Assembly: GCA_028412835.1 (NCBI GenBank)
Contig: JAONQW010000001.1
Coordinates: 11,617 to 75,616, forward strand
DNA from: Candidatus Pelagibacterales bacterium
GTDB taxonomy: Bacteria > Pseudomonadota > Alphaproteobacteria > Pelagibacterales > AG-422-B15
Length of the DNA stretch: 64,000 nucleotides
Direction of reading: 5' to 3'
Shown: piece after piece, positions 1 to 13,836 of the stretch
Position numbering within the stretch: the first letter of the stretch is position 1
How the letters are laid out: each line of letters opens with the position of its first letter
Made by a program: the position numbers and the translations under genes
Notes under the pieces: generated by a model
The model's input: only the letters and a program-made list of their open reading frames with translations
Database searches by the model: none
Told to the model about the DNA's origin: nothing

Positions 1-131
1 TTATTACTGCGGGTGGCTTAAGAGCTAAAGTTGTAAAAGTTGTTAATGAAACTGATGTTGAATTAGAAATATCACCAAATGTGAATGTAGTAGTTTTAAA
101 AGCTACAGTTTCAGATGTTATAAAATCATAA
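1..131 (+). CDS. yajC: preprotein translocase subunit YajC, C-terminal fragment (5' end outside window)
   Basis: Frame 3 reads ITAGGLRAKVVKVVNETDVELEISPNVNVVVLKATVSDVIKS then TAA at 129-131. This is a YajC-like C-terminus directly upstream of secD-secF. Confidence 0.7.
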   Translation, partial: ITAGGLRAKVVKVVNETDVELEISPNVNVVVLKATVSDVIKS

Positions 132-159
132 ATAGTTTTAGTAAAAATCAGAATTAATA

Positions 160-1764
160 ATGCTACATTTTTCAAGGTCTAAAATTATATCAATAATTGC
201 TATTTCTATTATTGCAATATTATTAGCTTTACCAAATCTTTTTAGTGATCAAAAAATCTCTAAATTTCCATCATTTATTCCATCGCAAAAAGTAAATTTA
301 GGTCTAGACCTGCAAGGAGGGTCACATCTTTTGTTAGAAGTAGATACTGCAAGTATAAAAGTTGAAAAGATTGAGGATTTAACTTTTGACATAAGAAGAA
401 TGCTAAAAAAAGATGGGGTTAAGTATAGTAATCTTAAAATCGTAGAAGATAGCATCAACTTTAGAATAAGTGATACAAGTTTAGTTAATAGCCTTGTAAG
501 CGATATTAAAGACTTATCTCAAAGTATTTCTCAAAATGCTTTAAGTGCACAAAATAAATCAAATTTAGAAATACAAATAAACAATAACTTAATTAATGTC
601 TCACTTACAGAAGACTATCTTAAGCAAATAGCAATCAGTGCAGTGAATCAATCAATTGAAATTGTTAGAAGAAGAATTGATGAGTTGGGAACTAGAGAGC
701 CGACGATACAAAAACAAGGTATTAGTAGGATACTTATTCAGTTACCTGGATTAGATGATCCAGAAAGAATTAAATCGCTATTGGGTCAGACAGCTAAACT
801 TACTTTTAAACTTGTTGACCAAAGATCTTCATATGATCCAAACAATCCAACCAAAGCACCAGTTGGTTCGGAAATATTACCATCGGACTCAAACTCAGAA
901 TTTAAGTATATTGTTAAAAAGAAAGTAATGGTTGGTGGTGAAAATTTAGTCGATGCTCAACCTGGCTTTGACCCCCAAACAAACGAGCCTGTTGTAAATT
1001 TTCGATTTGATCGAATAGGTGCAAAAAAATTCGGTAAAGTTACTAAGGCTAATATAGGTAAGCCTTTTGCAATTATTTTAGACAACAAGGTTGTAAGTGC
1101 TCCCGTTATTAGAGATGCAATATTAGGTGGATCAGGACAAATATCAGGTGGTTTTTCTGCTGAGGAAGCTGCTGATCTTGCTGTCTTGTTAAGAGCTGGC
1201 GCTTTACCAGCCCCATTAATTATTTTAGAAGAACGTTCTGTCGGTCCTGATCTCGGTGCTGACTCAATTTTTGCCGGAAAGATTGCTGCACTGATAGGAT
1301 TTATAGCTGTGATAATATTTATGGTATTAATTTATCGGTCATTTGGTTTCTTTGCTGACATTGCACTAATTCTTAATTTGGTAATGGTTTTAGGCATCCT
1401 GTCACTATTACAGGCAACCTTAACATTACCTGGTATTGCAGGCATAATTTTAACTATTGGTATGGCAGTTGATGCAAATGTATTAATTTTCGAGAGAATT
1501 AAAGAAGAATTAAGAAATGGAAGTTCAGTTATTAATTCCATTGATAGTGGATATAAAAGAGCTTTATCAACAATATTGGATGCAAATATTACAACTTTAA
1601 TTGCTGCTAGTATTTTATTCTTTATGGGTTCAGGTCCAGTTAAAGGATTTTCAGTTACACTAGCAATTGGTATATTTACATCTGTGTTTACGGCTTTCAC
1701 AGTAACAAGGCTAATGGTTGCTATTTACGTAAGTAGAGTAAAACCTAAGGAGTTGAGGTTATAA
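160..1764 (+). CDS. secD: protein translocase subunit SecD
   Basis: 534-aa ORF with an N-terminal TM, a large periplasmic loop (LGLDLQGGSH) and a C-terminal 5-TM bundle (VGPDLGADSI). Lies in yajC-secD-secF synteny. Confidence 0.95.
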   Translation: MLHFSRSKIISIIAISIIAILLALPNLFSDQKISKFPSFIPSQKVNLGLDLQGGSHLLLEVDTASIKVEKIEDLTFDIRRMLKKDGVKYSNLKIVEDSINFRISDTSLVNSLVSDIKDLSQSISQNALSAQNKSNLEIQINNNLINVSLTEDYLKQIAISAVNQSIEIVRRRIDELGTREPTIQKQGISRILIQLPGLDDPERIKSLLGQTAKLTFKLVDQRSSYDPNNPTKAPVGSEILPSDSNSEFKYIVKKKVMVGGENLVDAQPGFDPQTNEPVVNFRFDRIGAKKFGKVTKANIGKPFAIILDNKVVSAPVIRDAILGGSGQISGGFSAEEAADLAVLLRAGALPAPLIILEERSVGPDLGADSIFAGKIAALIGFIAVIIFMVLIYRSFGFFADIALILNLVMVLGILSLLQATLTLPGIAGIILTIGMAVDANVLIFERIKEELRNGSSVINSIDSGYKRALSTILDANITTLIAASILFFMGSGPVKGFSVTLAIGIFTSVFTAFTVTRLMVAIYVSRVKPKELRL

Positions 1765-1767
1765 ACG

Positions 1768-2706
1768 ATGAGTATATTTTCATTCGCAACAAATACTAAA
1801 ATAAAATTTCTAGCATTAAGAAAACCAGCTTTTATCTTATCTACATTTTTAATTATAAGCTCTGTATTAATTTATTCATTTAATGGTTTAAATTTTGGAA
1901 TTGATTTTAGAGGTGGAACACTAATTGAAATTGAAACCAGTGAAACTGAAAACCTCAGTACCTTAAGAAAATCTTTAAATAGTCTTGATCTAGGAGATGT
2001 TCAGGTTCAAGAATTTGGATCACCAAAGAATATTTTGATTAGAGTCGAGCAACAAGCTGGTGGAGACAAATCTCAACAAAATGTTGTTAATATAGTTAAA
2101 ACAGAGCTTAACTCATCATTAAATTCTGAAGTTAATTTTAGAAGAACCGAGGTAGTTGGTCCTAAAGTAAGTTCTGAGTTAATTAAGGCTGGAATTATTG
2201 CAATTGTAGTCGCTGTTTTTGCAATGCTTCTTTATATTTGGTTTCGGTTTGAATGGCAATTCTCACTAGGTGCAGTTATTGCTTTAATTCATGATGTGCT
2301 ATTAACGCTTGGGATATTTTCATTACTACAATTAGAATTTAACTTATCAATTATTGCCGCCATACTTACAATAGTTGGCTACTCAATGAATGATACAGTT
2401 GTAGTTTACGATAGAGTGAGGGAGAATTTAAGAAAACACAGAAAAAAAGAAATCTTAGATCTACTTAATATTTCAATTAATGAAACTTTGTCTAGAACAA
2501 TAATGACATCAGTTACTACTTTATTAGCTTTATCATCTCTATATATTTTTGGAGGCTCTGTAATAAAAGGGTTTACTTTTGCAATGATTTGGGGAGTTCT
2601 TGTAGGTACTTATTCATCTATTTTTATCGCAGCACCGCTGCTGAACTATCTAAAAGTTAAAAGAGATTGGACGACAACAAGTGCTGTTGAGTCAACTCAG
2701 AAGTAG
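1768..2706 (+). CDS. secF: protein translocase subunit SecF
   Basis: 312-aa ORF starting 3 nt after secD, with the GIDFRGGT motif and a SecF-type TM bundle. Confidence 0.95.
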   Translation: MSIFSFATNTKIKFLALRKPAFILSTFLIISSVLIYSFNGLNFGIDFRGGTLIEIETSETENLSTLRKSLNSLDLGDVQVQEFGSPKNILIRVEQQAGGDKSQQNVVNIVKTELNSSLNSEVNFRRTEVVGPKVSSELIKAGIIAIVVAVFAMLLYIWFRFEWQFSLGAVIALIHDVLLTLGIFSLLQLEFNLSIIAAILTIVGYSMNDTVVVYDRVRENLRKHRKKEILDLLNISINETLSRTIMTSVTTLLALSSLYIFGGSVIKGFTFAMIWGVLVGTYSSIFIAAPLLNYLKVKRDWTTTSAVESTQK

Positions 2707-5553
2707 TTAGTTTCTTTCATTTAACAAGGTCTTTAGATATTGACCAGTATAACTTTTCTTTATTTTCGATACTTTTTCTGGTGTTCCTGTTGCAACAATT
2801 TCTCCACCACCATCTCCACCTTCAGGGCCTAGATCAATAACCCAGTCAGCAGTTTTTATGACATCAAGATTGTGTTCAATTACTAGTACAGTATTACCCT
2901 GCGAAACTAATGTTTGTAATACTTCAAGTAATTTTTTGATATCATGCACATGTAGCCCAGTTGTTGGTTCATCTAGTATATATAAAGTCTTTCCCGTCGC
3001 TCTTTTAGATAGTTCTTTTGAGAGTTTAATTCTTTGTGCCTCTCCACCTGAAAGAGTTGTCGCTTGTTGACCAATTTTTATGTAACCAAGCCCAACATTT
3101 TTTAATGTAATCAATTTACTTTTTAGCAAAGGAATTGCATCAAAGAATAAGCAGCCCTCATCAACAGTCATATCTAAAATATCTGAGATATTTTTATCTT
3201 TAAATTTAATTTCTAGTGTTTCCCTATTATAACGCTTACCTTTACATTCATCACAAGTAACATATACATCTGGAAGAAAGTGCATTTCTATCTTAATGAC
3301 ACCGTCACCTTCACATGCTTCACATCTTCCACCCTTAACATTAAATGAAAATCTACCCGGCTTATATCCTCTTGATTTTGATTCTGGAAGGCTAGAAAAC
3401 CAGTCTCTAATATAAGTGAAAGCTCCAGTATATGTTGCTGGATTTGAGCGCGGAGTTCTACCAATTGGTGATTGATCTATATCAATCACTTTATCAAGAT
3501 ATTTAAGTCCAATTATTTCTTTATATTTTGATGGATTATATTTTGATCCATTTAACTCTCTTGCAACAGCTTTATAAAGAGTATTTATAGTTAATGTAGA
3601 CTTTCCACTTCCTGACACACCCGTTATACAAGTTAAAGTACCTAATGGTATTTCTGTTGAAACATTCTTGAGATTATTGCCTGATGCTTCAATAATTTTA
3701 AGATACTTATTATCTAAAGCGGACCTTCGTGTGGATGGAGTAGCTATACTTTGTTTTCGAGACAAATATTGTCCAGTAAGGCTTTTTTTATTTTTCTTTA
3801 CCTCAAGTGGTGTCCCAGTTGCAACAACATGTCCACCATCTAAACCCGCTGCAGGACCAAGATCAATTAAGTAATCTGCATTCATCATAGCCTCTTCGTC
3901 ATGCTCAACAACAATCACTGTATTACCCAAGTCCTTTAGCCTCTTTAAAGTTGCTAACAATCTTGCATTATCTCTTTGATGTAAGCCAATAGAGGGTTCA
4001 TCGAGTACATATAGTACACCAGTTAAACCCGACCCAATTTGGGAAGCAAGTCTTATTCTTTGAGATTCTCCTCCTGAGAGTGTTCCAGAATTTCTTGATA
4101 AAGTTAGGTATTCAAGTCCAACATTATTTAAAAAATTTATTCTTTCTGTAAGCTCCTTTAAAATTCGGTAAGCAATCTCAGACTCTTTTTTCGTTAGTTT
4201 TTTCTCTAATTTCTTAAACCAAATAACTAGTTGTTTAATAGATTTTTTGCAAACGTCCCCAATGTGTTGATCATCAATTTTAACAACTAGAGCCTCTTCT
4301 TTTAATCTATTGCCCTCACATTCTGGGCATTTAACTTCAGATTGATATCTTTCGATATTACCTCGCATCCAATCACTTTCTGTTTCAATATAGCGTCTCT
4401 CTAAGTTTCTGACCACACCTTCAAAACTTTTTTTAGATGTTTGAACTCTATAGCCATCATCGTAAGTAAATTTAATATGTTCATCTTCAGAACCAAATAA
4501 AATTATATTATGAATTTTTTTTGGTAATTTGGACCAAGGTGTATCTAATGAAAACTTAAAATGTTTAGCTAAACTATTGCATATCTGTCTGAAGTATGGA
4601 GAATTTGTTAGAGACCAGGGAGCTATCGCACCATTATTTATAGTCAACTCTTTATTTGGTATAACTAAATTAGGATCAACTGAAAGATCAGTACCTATGC
4701 CGTCACACTCAGGACAAGCCCCATATGGATTATTAAATGAAAAAAGTCTTGGTTCAATCTCATCTATAGTAAAACCAGAAACAGGACATGCAAATTTTGA
4801 AGAAAAAATTTCACGGCTTGGTGATTTTTCATCTATTGAATGATCTTCAATTGCAGCAAGTCCATCAGATAAATTTAATGCCGTCTCTAAGCTATCAGCT
4901 AGCCTATTACCAAGATCTTTATTTAATACTATTCGATCTACAATAATGTCAATTTCATGTTTCTTTTTTTTATCTAAAGTAGGCAGATCATCAAAGTCAT
5001 ATTGGGTTCCATCAATTTTTACTCTTTGAAAACCTTTTCTTTGAAGTTCGGCCAATTCTTTTTTATACTCACCTTTTCTACCTCTAACTATTGGGGCTAG
5101 TATTATAAATTTAGTACCAATTGGTTTTTCTTTAATTCTATCAACCATTTGACTTACAGTTTGACTAGTAATTGGAAGGCCAGTAGCAGGCGAGTAGGGT
5201 ATTCCTATTCTTGCATATAATAGCCTAAGATAGTCATAAATTTCTGTTACAGTTCCAACAGTAGATCGAGGATTTTTTGAGGTTGTTTTTTGTTCAATTG
5301 CAATGGCTGGACTCAAACCTTCAATTAAGTCAACATCAGGTTTCTGCATCATCTCAAGAAATTGCCTTGCATAAGCAGATAAGCTTTCCACATACCTTCT
5401 TTGACCTTCAGCATAGATGGTATCAAAAGCTAATGAAGATTTACCAGATCCAGATAATCCAGTTATAATTGTAATTTTTTCTCGCGGAATTTTAACATTA
5501 ACATTCTTTAAGTTATGTTCACGAGCGCCTTGTACTGAAATATATTTATTCAT
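2707..5553 (-). CDS. uvrA: excinuclease ABC subunit A
   Basis: 948 aa with two ABC modules ([18 protein letters not shown]), two LSGGE signatures and CxxC zinc modules. Confidence 0.97.
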   Translation of the reverse strand: MNKYISVQGAREHNLKNVNVKIPREKITIITGLSGSGKSSLAFDTIYAEGQRRYVESLSAYARQFLEMMQKPDVDLIEGLSPAIAIEQKTTSKNPRSTVGTVTEIYDYLRLLYARIGIPYSPATGLPITSQTVSQMVDRIKEKPIGTKFIILAPIVRGRKGEYKKELAELQRKGFQRVKIDGTQYDFDDLPTLDKKKKHEIDIIVDRIVLNKDLGNRLADSLETALNLSDGLAAIEDHSIDEKSPSREIFSSKFACPVSGFTIDEIEPRLFSFNNPYGACPECDGIGTDLSVDPNLVIPNKELTINNGAIAPWSLTNSPYFRQICNSLAKHFKFSLDTPWSKLPKKIHNIILFGSEDEHIKFTYDDGYRVQTSKKSFEGVVRNLERRYIETESDWMRGNIERYQSEVKCPECEGNRLKEEALVVKIDDQHIGDVCKKSIKQLVIWFKKLEKKLTKKESEIAYRILKELTERINFLNNVGLEYLTLSRNSGTLSGGESQRIRLASQIGSGLTGVLYVLDEPSIGLHQRDNARLLATLKRLKDLGNTVIVVEHDEEAMMNADYLIDLGPAAGLDGGHVVATGTPLEVKKNKKSLTGQYLSRKQSIATPSTRRSALDNKYLKIIEASGNNLKNVSTEIPLGTLTCITGVSGSGKSTLTINTLYKAVARELNGSKYNPSKYKEIIGLKYLDKVIDIDQSPIGRTPRSNPATYTGAFTYIRDWFSSLPESKSRGYKPGRFSFNVKGGRCEACEGDGVIKIEMHFLPDVYVTCDECKGKRYNRETLEIKFKDKNISDILDMTVDEGCLFFDAIPLLKSKLITLKNVGLGYIKIGQQATTLSGGEAQRIKLSKELSKRATGKTLYILDEPTTGLHVHDIKKLLEVLQTLVSQGNTVLVIEHNLDVIKTADWVIDLGPEGGDGGGEIVATGTPEKVSKIKKSYTGQYLKTLLNERN

Positions 5554-5659
5554 TTTTTTATTTAAATAGTCTTCGATTGTTGAACTTAAAGATCAAACTG
5601 TGAATAAGTTAATTTCCTTTTTTTGTATACACATTGTTATTAAATAGTTAAATTTAGGG

Positions 5660-6118
5660 ATGGCTGGAAGTTTAAATAAAGTAATGTTAATTGGCAATGT
5701 TGGTGCTGATCCAATTATAAGACAAACTCAAGATGGCAAGAAAATTGCCACATTAAGCTTAGCGACTACAGATTCATGGAAAGATAAAGCCACAGGTGAA
5801 AAAAGAGATAAAACTGAATGGCATAGAATAGTTATATTTAACGAGGGCTTATCAGGCGTTGTTGAGAATTATGTTAAGAAAGGACAGCAATTGTTTATTG
5901 AAGGTCAACTTCAAACGCAAAAATATACTGATGCCAATGGAGTTGAAAAATACACGACTCAAGTAATTCTTCAAAATTATAACGGTACATTAACAATGAT
6001 AGGAGGTAGAGGTAATTCTTCAGAACAAATTGCTTCCTCCCAAGACTCATCCTTGACTAATTCTGATCCTTTTCCAGGCGGTGATGATGTAGAAATTGAT
6101 GATGAAATTCCATTTTAA
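5660..6118 (+). CDS. ssb: single-stranded DNA-binding protein
   Basis: 152 aa with an OB-fold N-terminus (NKVMLIGNVGADP, TEWHRIV) and an acidic tail ending DDEIPF. Divergent from uvrA. Confidence 0.95.
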   Translation: MAGSLNKVMLIGNVGADPIIRQTQDGKKIATLSLATTDSWKDKATGEKRDKTEWHRIVIFNEGLSGVVENYVKKGQQLFIEGQLQTQKYTDANGVEKYTTQVILQNYNGTLTMIGGRGNSSEQIASSQDSSLTNSDPFPGGDDVEIDDEIPF

Positions 6119-6241
6119 TCTATAGATTTTCATCGATAATATATACTTTTTCTGTTATAATTTTACTTTATTAACGCTATTTATTTTACCCTAAATTTGT
6201 TGATTTTTAAGGGTTTTTAATGCTTTTCAAAGGTTATATTT

Positions 6242-8956
6242 TTGACTGATTCCAAAGACGATAATGCTAGCAATGTACCTGCTTTAGATCCATCAATTAT
6301 TCCTACTTTAATCGACACTGAAATGCAAAATTCATACTTGGATTATGCTATGAGTGTAATTGTTAGCAGAGCCCTGCCAGATGTTAGAGACGGTCTAAAA
6401 CCGGTACACAGAAGAATACTTTATGCAATGTATGAAGCAGGCTATGAGTGGAATAAACAATATAGAAAAAGTGCTAGAGTTGTTGGTGATGTTATCGGTA
6501 AATACCATCCTCATGGAGACCAGTCCGTATACGATGCATTAGTTAGGCTTGCTCAAGATTTTTCGATGAGACTACCTCTTATTGATGGTCAGGGGAACTT
6601 TGGTTCCATGGATGGAGATAGAGCAGCAGCCATGAGATATACAGAAGTTAGGATGCATAAGATTGCTAAATACCTTCTTGATGATATTGATAAAGAGACT
6701 GTTGATTTCAGACCTAACTATGATGAGTCTGAACATGAGCCATCTGTTTTACCTTCTAAGTACCCAAACTTATTAGTAAACGGTGCTGGTGGTATCGCTG
6801 TTGGTATGGCTACAAATATTTTACCACATAACTTAGGAGAAGTCATTGATGCTACTGTTGCTTATATAAAAGATGAAGATATTAGTGATGATGAAATATA
6901 CAGTCATATTAAAGGACCAGATTTTCCAACTGGTGGAACAATAGTAGGCACAAACACAATTAAAGTTTCACAAAAGACTGGAAGAGGCTCAATTATAGTT
7001 CAAGCTAAAAGTACTATTGAAGAATTTAAAGCCGATAGAGATGCAATAATTTTTTCTGAAATTCCATATCAAGTAAATAAATCAGTGTTAATACAAAGAA
7101 TAGCTGAACTTGTTCGAGATAAAAAGATTGAAGGCATTAGTGATCTAAGAGATGAATCTGACAGAGATGGAGTCAGAGTTGTCATTGAACTTAAAAAGGG
7201 AGTAATTGCAAATGTAATTCTTAATAAACTTTATAGATATACGCCTTTACAATCATCTTATGGAGTTAATGCTTTGGCACTAACTGGAGGTCGTCCAAAA
7301 CTTATGGGAATAAAGGAATTCCTCTCTAGTTTTGTCAAATTTAGAATTGAAATTATTACAAATAGAACGAAATTTGATCTTAACAAAGCAAGAGATAGAG
7401 CGCACTTACTAATTGGGCTTGGTATTGCAATTGCTAATGTTGACAAGGTAATTGAAATTATTAAAAAATCTAAAGACCCTGCTGATGCTAAACGGGAGCT
7501 GTTAAAAACTAAGTGGGCTAATTCTGATATTGCAGATTTGTTAGCAATTGTTGATGATCCTAGACAAATCATTAACGAAAAAGAAATTTACCTTACTGAA
7601 GAGCAGGCTAAAGCAATACTTGAGCTAAGACTTCAAAGGCTGACTGCTTTAGGTAAAAATGAAATTGAGTCTGAACTTAAAGAACTTTCAAAAAGTATTA
7701 ACGGTTACCTTGAAATCTTAACTAATAAAGAAATTTTATTAAAGGTTATTGAAGATGAGCTTACTGAAGTTAGAGAGCAGTTTGCAACTCCAAGAAAGAC
7801 AAATATTACTGAAATTGAACTTACAGACTTTGATCAAGAAGACCTTGTTCAAAAAAGTGATATGGTCGTAAGTGTTTCAAATTCTGGCTATATAAAAAGA
7901 GTTCCACTTGAAATGTATCGTGCTCAAAAAAGAGGTGGTAAGGGCAGATCTGGAATGAAAACTAGTGAAGAAGATTTTGTTACCCAGGTATTTACAGCTA
8001 GCACTCATGACAACATGCTATTTTTCACTGCGACTGGTATTGTTTATAAACTCAAAACCTGGAAAATTCCAGAATCATCAATTACAGCTAAAGGTAAAGC
8101 GATAGTTAATCTCTTAGAAATGAAAGAGAACAGTCAACTTTCCAGTATATTGGTGCTTCCAGAAAGTAAGTCATCGTCGGATAAAGAACTGTTTTTAATT
8201 TTTACAACATCTGATGGGACTATTAGAAAGAACAGCCTTGATGACTTTAAAAAAATTCAAAGCAGTGGAAAAATTGCAATGAAACTATCTACTAATAATT
8301 CTATTGTGGGAGTTAAGGTATGTTCAGATGATGATGACTATCTCTTAACTACATCAGAGGGTAAATGCATCAGAACACCTGTTTCAAAATTAAGAACTAC
8401 TAAAAGTAGAACATCTGAGGGAGTAAGGGGTATAAAGCTTTCTTCTAATGATAAAGTTATTTCTGTGTCTATTTTATCTCACACTGAATCAACTAGCGCT
8501 GAAATTAAAGCATATTTAAAAATGCAAAGAGATAAAAAGAATGAACATCATGAAGAGGATGATGAAGAAATAGAGAATGATGATGGAAGTATAGAAACTG
8601 TCAACTTAACAGAAGATATGTTTTCTGAAATGCAAGCACGAGAGCAATTTATATTAACTCTTACAGAAAATGGGTATGGTAAACGAACATCCTCTTATCA
8701 ATTTAGAATAACAAATCGCGGTGGATCAGGAATTAAATGTATTACTACATCTAAAAGAAACGGAAATGTTTTAGCCTCATTTCAAATCGAAAATGCCGAT
8801 GATATAATGCTAATTACAAAATCAGGACAACTAATCAGATGTCCTGTTAAAGATGTTAGGGTTGCTGGTAGAAATACCCAAGGAGTTAGTATTTTTAAAA
8901 CGTCTGATGAAGAAAAAGTTGTTTCCGCATCAAGGGTTGAAATAGATGCTGAATAA
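6242..8956 (+). CDS. gyrA: DNA gyrase subunit A
   Basis: 904 aa containing YAMSVIVSRALPDVRDGLKPVHRR, the AAMRYTE active-site Tyr region and C-terminal beta-pinwheel repeats. A TTG start is inferred because the first in-frame ATG would remove conserved residues. Confidence 0.95.
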   Translation: MTDSKDDNASNVPALDPSIIPTLIDTEMQNSYLDYAMSVIVSRALPDVRDGLKPVHRRILYAMYEAGYEWNKQYRKSARVVGDVIGKYHPHGDQSVYDALVRLAQDFSMRLPLIDGQGNFGSMDGDRAAAMRYTEVRMHKIAKYLLDDIDKETVDFRPNYDESEHEPSVLPSKYPNLLVNGAGGIAVGMATNILPHNLGEVIDATVAYIKDEDISDDEIYSHIKGPDFPTGGTIVGTNTIKVSQKTGRGSIIVQAKSTIEEFKADRDAIIFSEIPYQVNKSVLIQRIAELVRDKKIEGISDLRDESDRDGVRVVIELKKGVIANVILNKLYRYTPLQSSYGVNALALTGGRPKLMGIKEFLSSFVKFRIEIITNRTKFDLNKARDRAHLLIGLGIAIANVDKVIEIIKKSKDPADAKRELLKTKWANSDIADLLAIVDDPRQIINEKEIYLTEEQAKAILELRLQRLTALGKNEIESELKELSKSINGYLEILTNKEILLKVIEDELTEVREQFATPRKTNITEIELTDFDQEDLVQKSDMVVSVSNSGYIKRVPLEMYRAQKRGGKGRSGMKTSEEDFVTQVFTASTHDNMLFFTATGIVYKLKTWKIPESSITAKGKAIVNLLEMKENSQLSSILVLPESKSSSDKELFLIFTTSDGTIRKNSLDDFKKIQSSGKIAMKLSTNNSIVGVKVCSDDDDYLLTTSEGKCIRTPVSKLRTTKSRTSEGVRGIKLSSNDKVISVSILSHTESTSAEIKAYLKMQRDKKNEHHEEDDEEIENDDGSIETVNLTEDMFSEMQAREQFILTLTENGYGKRTSSYQFRITNRGGSGIKCITTSKRNGNVLASFQIENADDIMLITKSGQLIRCPVKDVRVAGRNTQGVSIFKTSDEEKVVSASRVEIDAE

Positions 8957-8996
8957 TTTACTAGAGCAATTTGAGTATTAGTTATATAAGATAACC

Positions 8997-9473
8997 ATGA
9001 AGAGAATTGCTATATACCCTGGTACATTTGACCCAATTCATAGGGGTCATAGTGACATTATCAATAGAGCAGCAAATTTGTGGGATGAGCTATATATTGC
9101 TGTTGCAGACAGTCCTCATAAAAACACTCTTTTTTCACTTGATGAAAGAAAAGCAATGATTGATCATGAATTTAATTCTATCAAAAATATTAAGGTTATT
9201 TCTTTCAATAATTTACTTATAGACCTTGCTAGTTCCTTGGATGCGAGAATTTTAGTAAGAGGTCTTAGAGTTGTTTCAGACTTTGAATATGAATTTCAAA
9301 TGTTAGGTATGAATAGAACAATGAATCCTGATATTGAAACAGTTTTTTTAATGGCTGAACCACAAAATCAACCAATTTCATCAAATTTTGTTAAAGATAT
9401 CGCAAGATTGAATGGTGATATTTCAAAATTTACTAGCGCTAATGTTGCTAATAAATTAAAAGAAAGATTCTAA
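8997..9473 (+). CDS. coaD: phosphopantetheine adenylyltransferase
   Basis: 158 aa with the YPGTFDPIHRGH nucleotidyltransferase motif and a typical CoaD length. Confidence 0.93.
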   Translation: MKRIAIYPGTFDPIHRGHSDIINRAANLWDELYIAVADSPHKNTLFSLDERKAMIDHEFNSIKNIKVISFNNLLIDLASSLDARILVRGLRVVSDFEYEFQMLGMNRTMNPDIETVFLMAEPQNQPISSNFVKDIARLNGDISKFTSANVANKLKERF

Positions 9474-10030
9474 TGATATCTATTTTAAAAGTTTTAACTA
9501 TTTTTACATTTTTAACTACAGCAGCTTTAGGGCAGGAAGAGCATAGTATGGTAAACGATCCAGAGAACAGTATCAAAATTGAATTAACAAGTGGCGATGT
9601 TTACATCGAGCTTTTACCAGATGTTGCTCCAGGGCATGTCGATAGAATTAAAGAATTAGCGCGAGAAGGTTTCTATGATGGCGTACCATTTCACAGAGTA
9701 ATTGATGGTTTCATGGCGCAGACAGGCGATGGTCAGTTTGGCAATGGCACTGGTGGCTCTAGTAAACCTGATTTAAAAGCTGAGTTTAATAATACTTCAC
9801 ACCTAAGAGGAACTGTATCAATGGCTAGAACAGCAGTACCAGACTCTGCAAATAGTCAGTTTTTTATCTGCTTTGGTCCAACACCCCATCTTGATGGCCA
9901 ATATACTGTCTTTGGCCAGGTTGTTAAGGGTATGGAATTTATTGATGGCCTAAAGAAAGGCTCTGGTCAAGGTGGTGAAGTGACTGACCCTGATAAAATG
10001 ATTTCTGTTAAGGTCGTGGCTGATATTTAA
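9473..10030 (+). CDS. peptidyl-prolyl cis-trans isomerase, cyclophilin type, probably periplasmic
   Basis: 185 aa with a cyclophilin core (FHRVIDGFMAQTGD, SQFFICF) and a hydrophobic signal-like N-terminus. Its start overlaps the coaD stop (TAATG). Confidence 0.9.
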   Translation: MISILKVLTIFTFLTTAALGQEEHSMVNDPENSIKIELTSGDVYIELLPDVAPGHVDRIKELAREGFYDGVPFHRVIDGFMAQTGDGQFGNGTGGSSKPDLKAEFNNTSHLRGTVSMARTAVPDSANSQFFICFGPTPHLDGQYTVFGQVVKGMEFIDGLKKGSGQGGEVTDPDKMISVKVVADI

Positions 10031-10037
10031 GGAATAA

Positions 10038-12168
<2,131 letters not shown>

Positions 12169-12963
12169 TTATTTTCCTTGAAAATTAGGTTTTTTCTTTT
12201 GTAAAAAAGCCACAATACCATTATAGCAGTCTTCTGTTTTTCCAGCCACTGACTGTGCAGCACTTTCAGCTGATAGCTGTGTCTCAAAATCATTAGATAA
12301 ACTATCCCAATATAATTTTCGTGTTAGACTATAGGCAACAGTAGGACCGTTTGCTATCTCCGTTGCAATATCCATTACTTCGATCATGAAATTTGGATCA
12401 CTAAAGACATCATTGATAAGTCCCCATGAAAGTGCTTTTTCAGATGATATTTTTTCTCCAAGCAGTGATAACTCCATTGCCCTTGCCATACCAATTTTTC
12501 TTGGCAAAATGTAAGTTGAACTTGCATCGGGAACTAAGCCAATAAATTTAAATGCTTGATAAAAATAAGCTGATTTTGAGGCATATACAAGATCACCAAT
12601 TATTGCTAGTGAACAACCTGCACCTGCAGCTGGACCGTTAACTGCAGTTATAAATGGTATATTTAAATTTTTTAAGTCAATTAGCATTGGGTGATAGTGA
12701 CTATTAAGAGCAGCACCCATATCTAATTTAGAAATATCTGCTGATCCAGGATTATCTACTAAATTAGCACCAGAACAAAAACCTTTTCCTTCTCCAGTTA
12801 TAACCAAACAACGAGCATTGGTCTTACCTTCATTTATATCTTTTATTTTACTATGTATTTGTGTGATCATCGCCATAGAAAGAGCATTAAGCTTTCCCGG
12901 ATCATTCAATGTTAAAATAGCTACATTATTTTTATTAATTTCGAAACTAATTAAATCACTCAC
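12169..12963 (-). CDS. enoyl-CoA hydratase/isomerase family protein
   Basis: 264 aa with a crotonase fold (GKGFCSGANL, NGPAAGAGCSLA). Confidence 0.85.
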   Translation of the reverse strand: MSDLISFEINKNNVAILTLNDPGKLNALSMAMITQIHSKIKDINEGKTNARCLVITGEGKGFCSGANLVDNPGSADISKLDMGAALNSHYHPMLIDLKNLNIPFITAVNGPAAGAGCSLAIIGDLVYASKSAYFYQAFKFIGLVPDASSTYILPRKIGMARAMELSLLGEKISSEKALSWGLINDVFSDPNFMIEVMDIATEIANGPTVAYSLTRKLYWDSLSNDFETQLSAESAAQSVAGKTEDCYNGIVAFLQKKKPNFQGK

Positions 12964-12986
12964 ATAAAACCCTTCTTTAAAAAATA

Positions 12987-13673
12987 TTATCTAGCAACTA
13001 CATCAGTTATTTGATCAATGCCACTAGTAATCTTTTTAATCACATTCTCTTGATCAAGTATTTTTGTTTCATTGTATTGTGGGTGAGCTAATACTGCTAA
13101 ATCTTTTGCTTTTGCCAAAGCTAATTCAAAAACTTTGTCTGTATCAGCTACTTCATCCAGATAGCCTGGTTCTATAGCATCTTCGATAGCGTACATTTCT
13201 GCATTAAGCAAAGCTCTCTGCTTATGTGATTTAGTGAGCTTAAATTTTGCAATTTCTAAAATTGGAGTTGGGACAATCATATTGTTTCTCAATTCATTTG
13301 CTCCAATCTTATATTCTCCCTTTGCACCAATTCGATAATCGCTGCTGCATAATAAAAAAGCACCTAGTGCAATTGCATGACCAGAACATGCAGCTACAAC
13401 AGGCCGTGGAAAAGAAAAAACCCTTTTTAACATTGTAAATCCTGATTTGACCATTTCAACAGCTGGTCCAGGTCCAGACATCATTACCTTTAAATCAAAT
13501 CCAGCTGAAAATATTCCCTGTCTTCCTTGGATTAAAAGTGAGCCTTTATTTGTGGGAACTTGGTCTAATAATGAGTTAAATTCTGCAATCATAGCAGGAG
13601 AAAATACATTTGCCTTACCATCATCCATTGTAATTATAGAGACATTTTCCTCAGTTTTGATACTAGCCAACAT
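12987..13673 (-). CDS. crotonase-fold protein (short enoyl-CoA hydratase/isomerase-like)
   Basis: 228 aa with FSAGFDLK and ACSGHAIALGAF oxyanion-hole-type motifs. Confidence 0.75.
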   Translation of the reverse strand: MLASIKTEENVSIITMDDGKANVFSPAMIAEFNSLLDQVPTNKGSLLIQGRQGIFSAGFDLKVMMSGPGPAVEMVKSGFTMLKRVFSFPRPVVAACSGHAIALGAFLLCSSDYRIGAKGEYKIGANELRNNMIVPTPILEIAKFKLTKSHKQRALLNAEMYAIEDAIEPGYLDEVADTDKVFELALAKAKDLAVLAHPQYNETKILDQENVIKKITSGIDQITDVVAR

Positions 13674-13836
13674 AAGTGGTTATCCTTCTAGGTTGTATTT
13701 TAAAATATTAAAATATATCAATATTTAAATATTAAAAGTTATTATTATAAAGATAGTAAATACTTATAAAATAGTGCACCTATTTATAATAATTTAGTTA
13801 TAATAAAAATTAGTAATATTTAATGAGGATATAATT

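Noticed and set aside
5554-5659. Possible LexA/SOS box in the divergent uvrA-ssb spacer
   Set aside because: Only one GAAC is present (TTGAAC-ttaaaga-TCAAAC). The alphaproteobacterial GAAC-N7-GAAC / GTTC-N7-GTTC direct repeat is not matched, and there is no CTGT-N8-ACAG.
13720-13733. 14-bp perfect palindrome AATATTTAAATATT in the crotonase/ALDH divergent spacer
   Set aside because: It consists only of A and T in a spacer that is almost entirely A/T. Chance palindromes of this kind are expected, and no second copy was seen.
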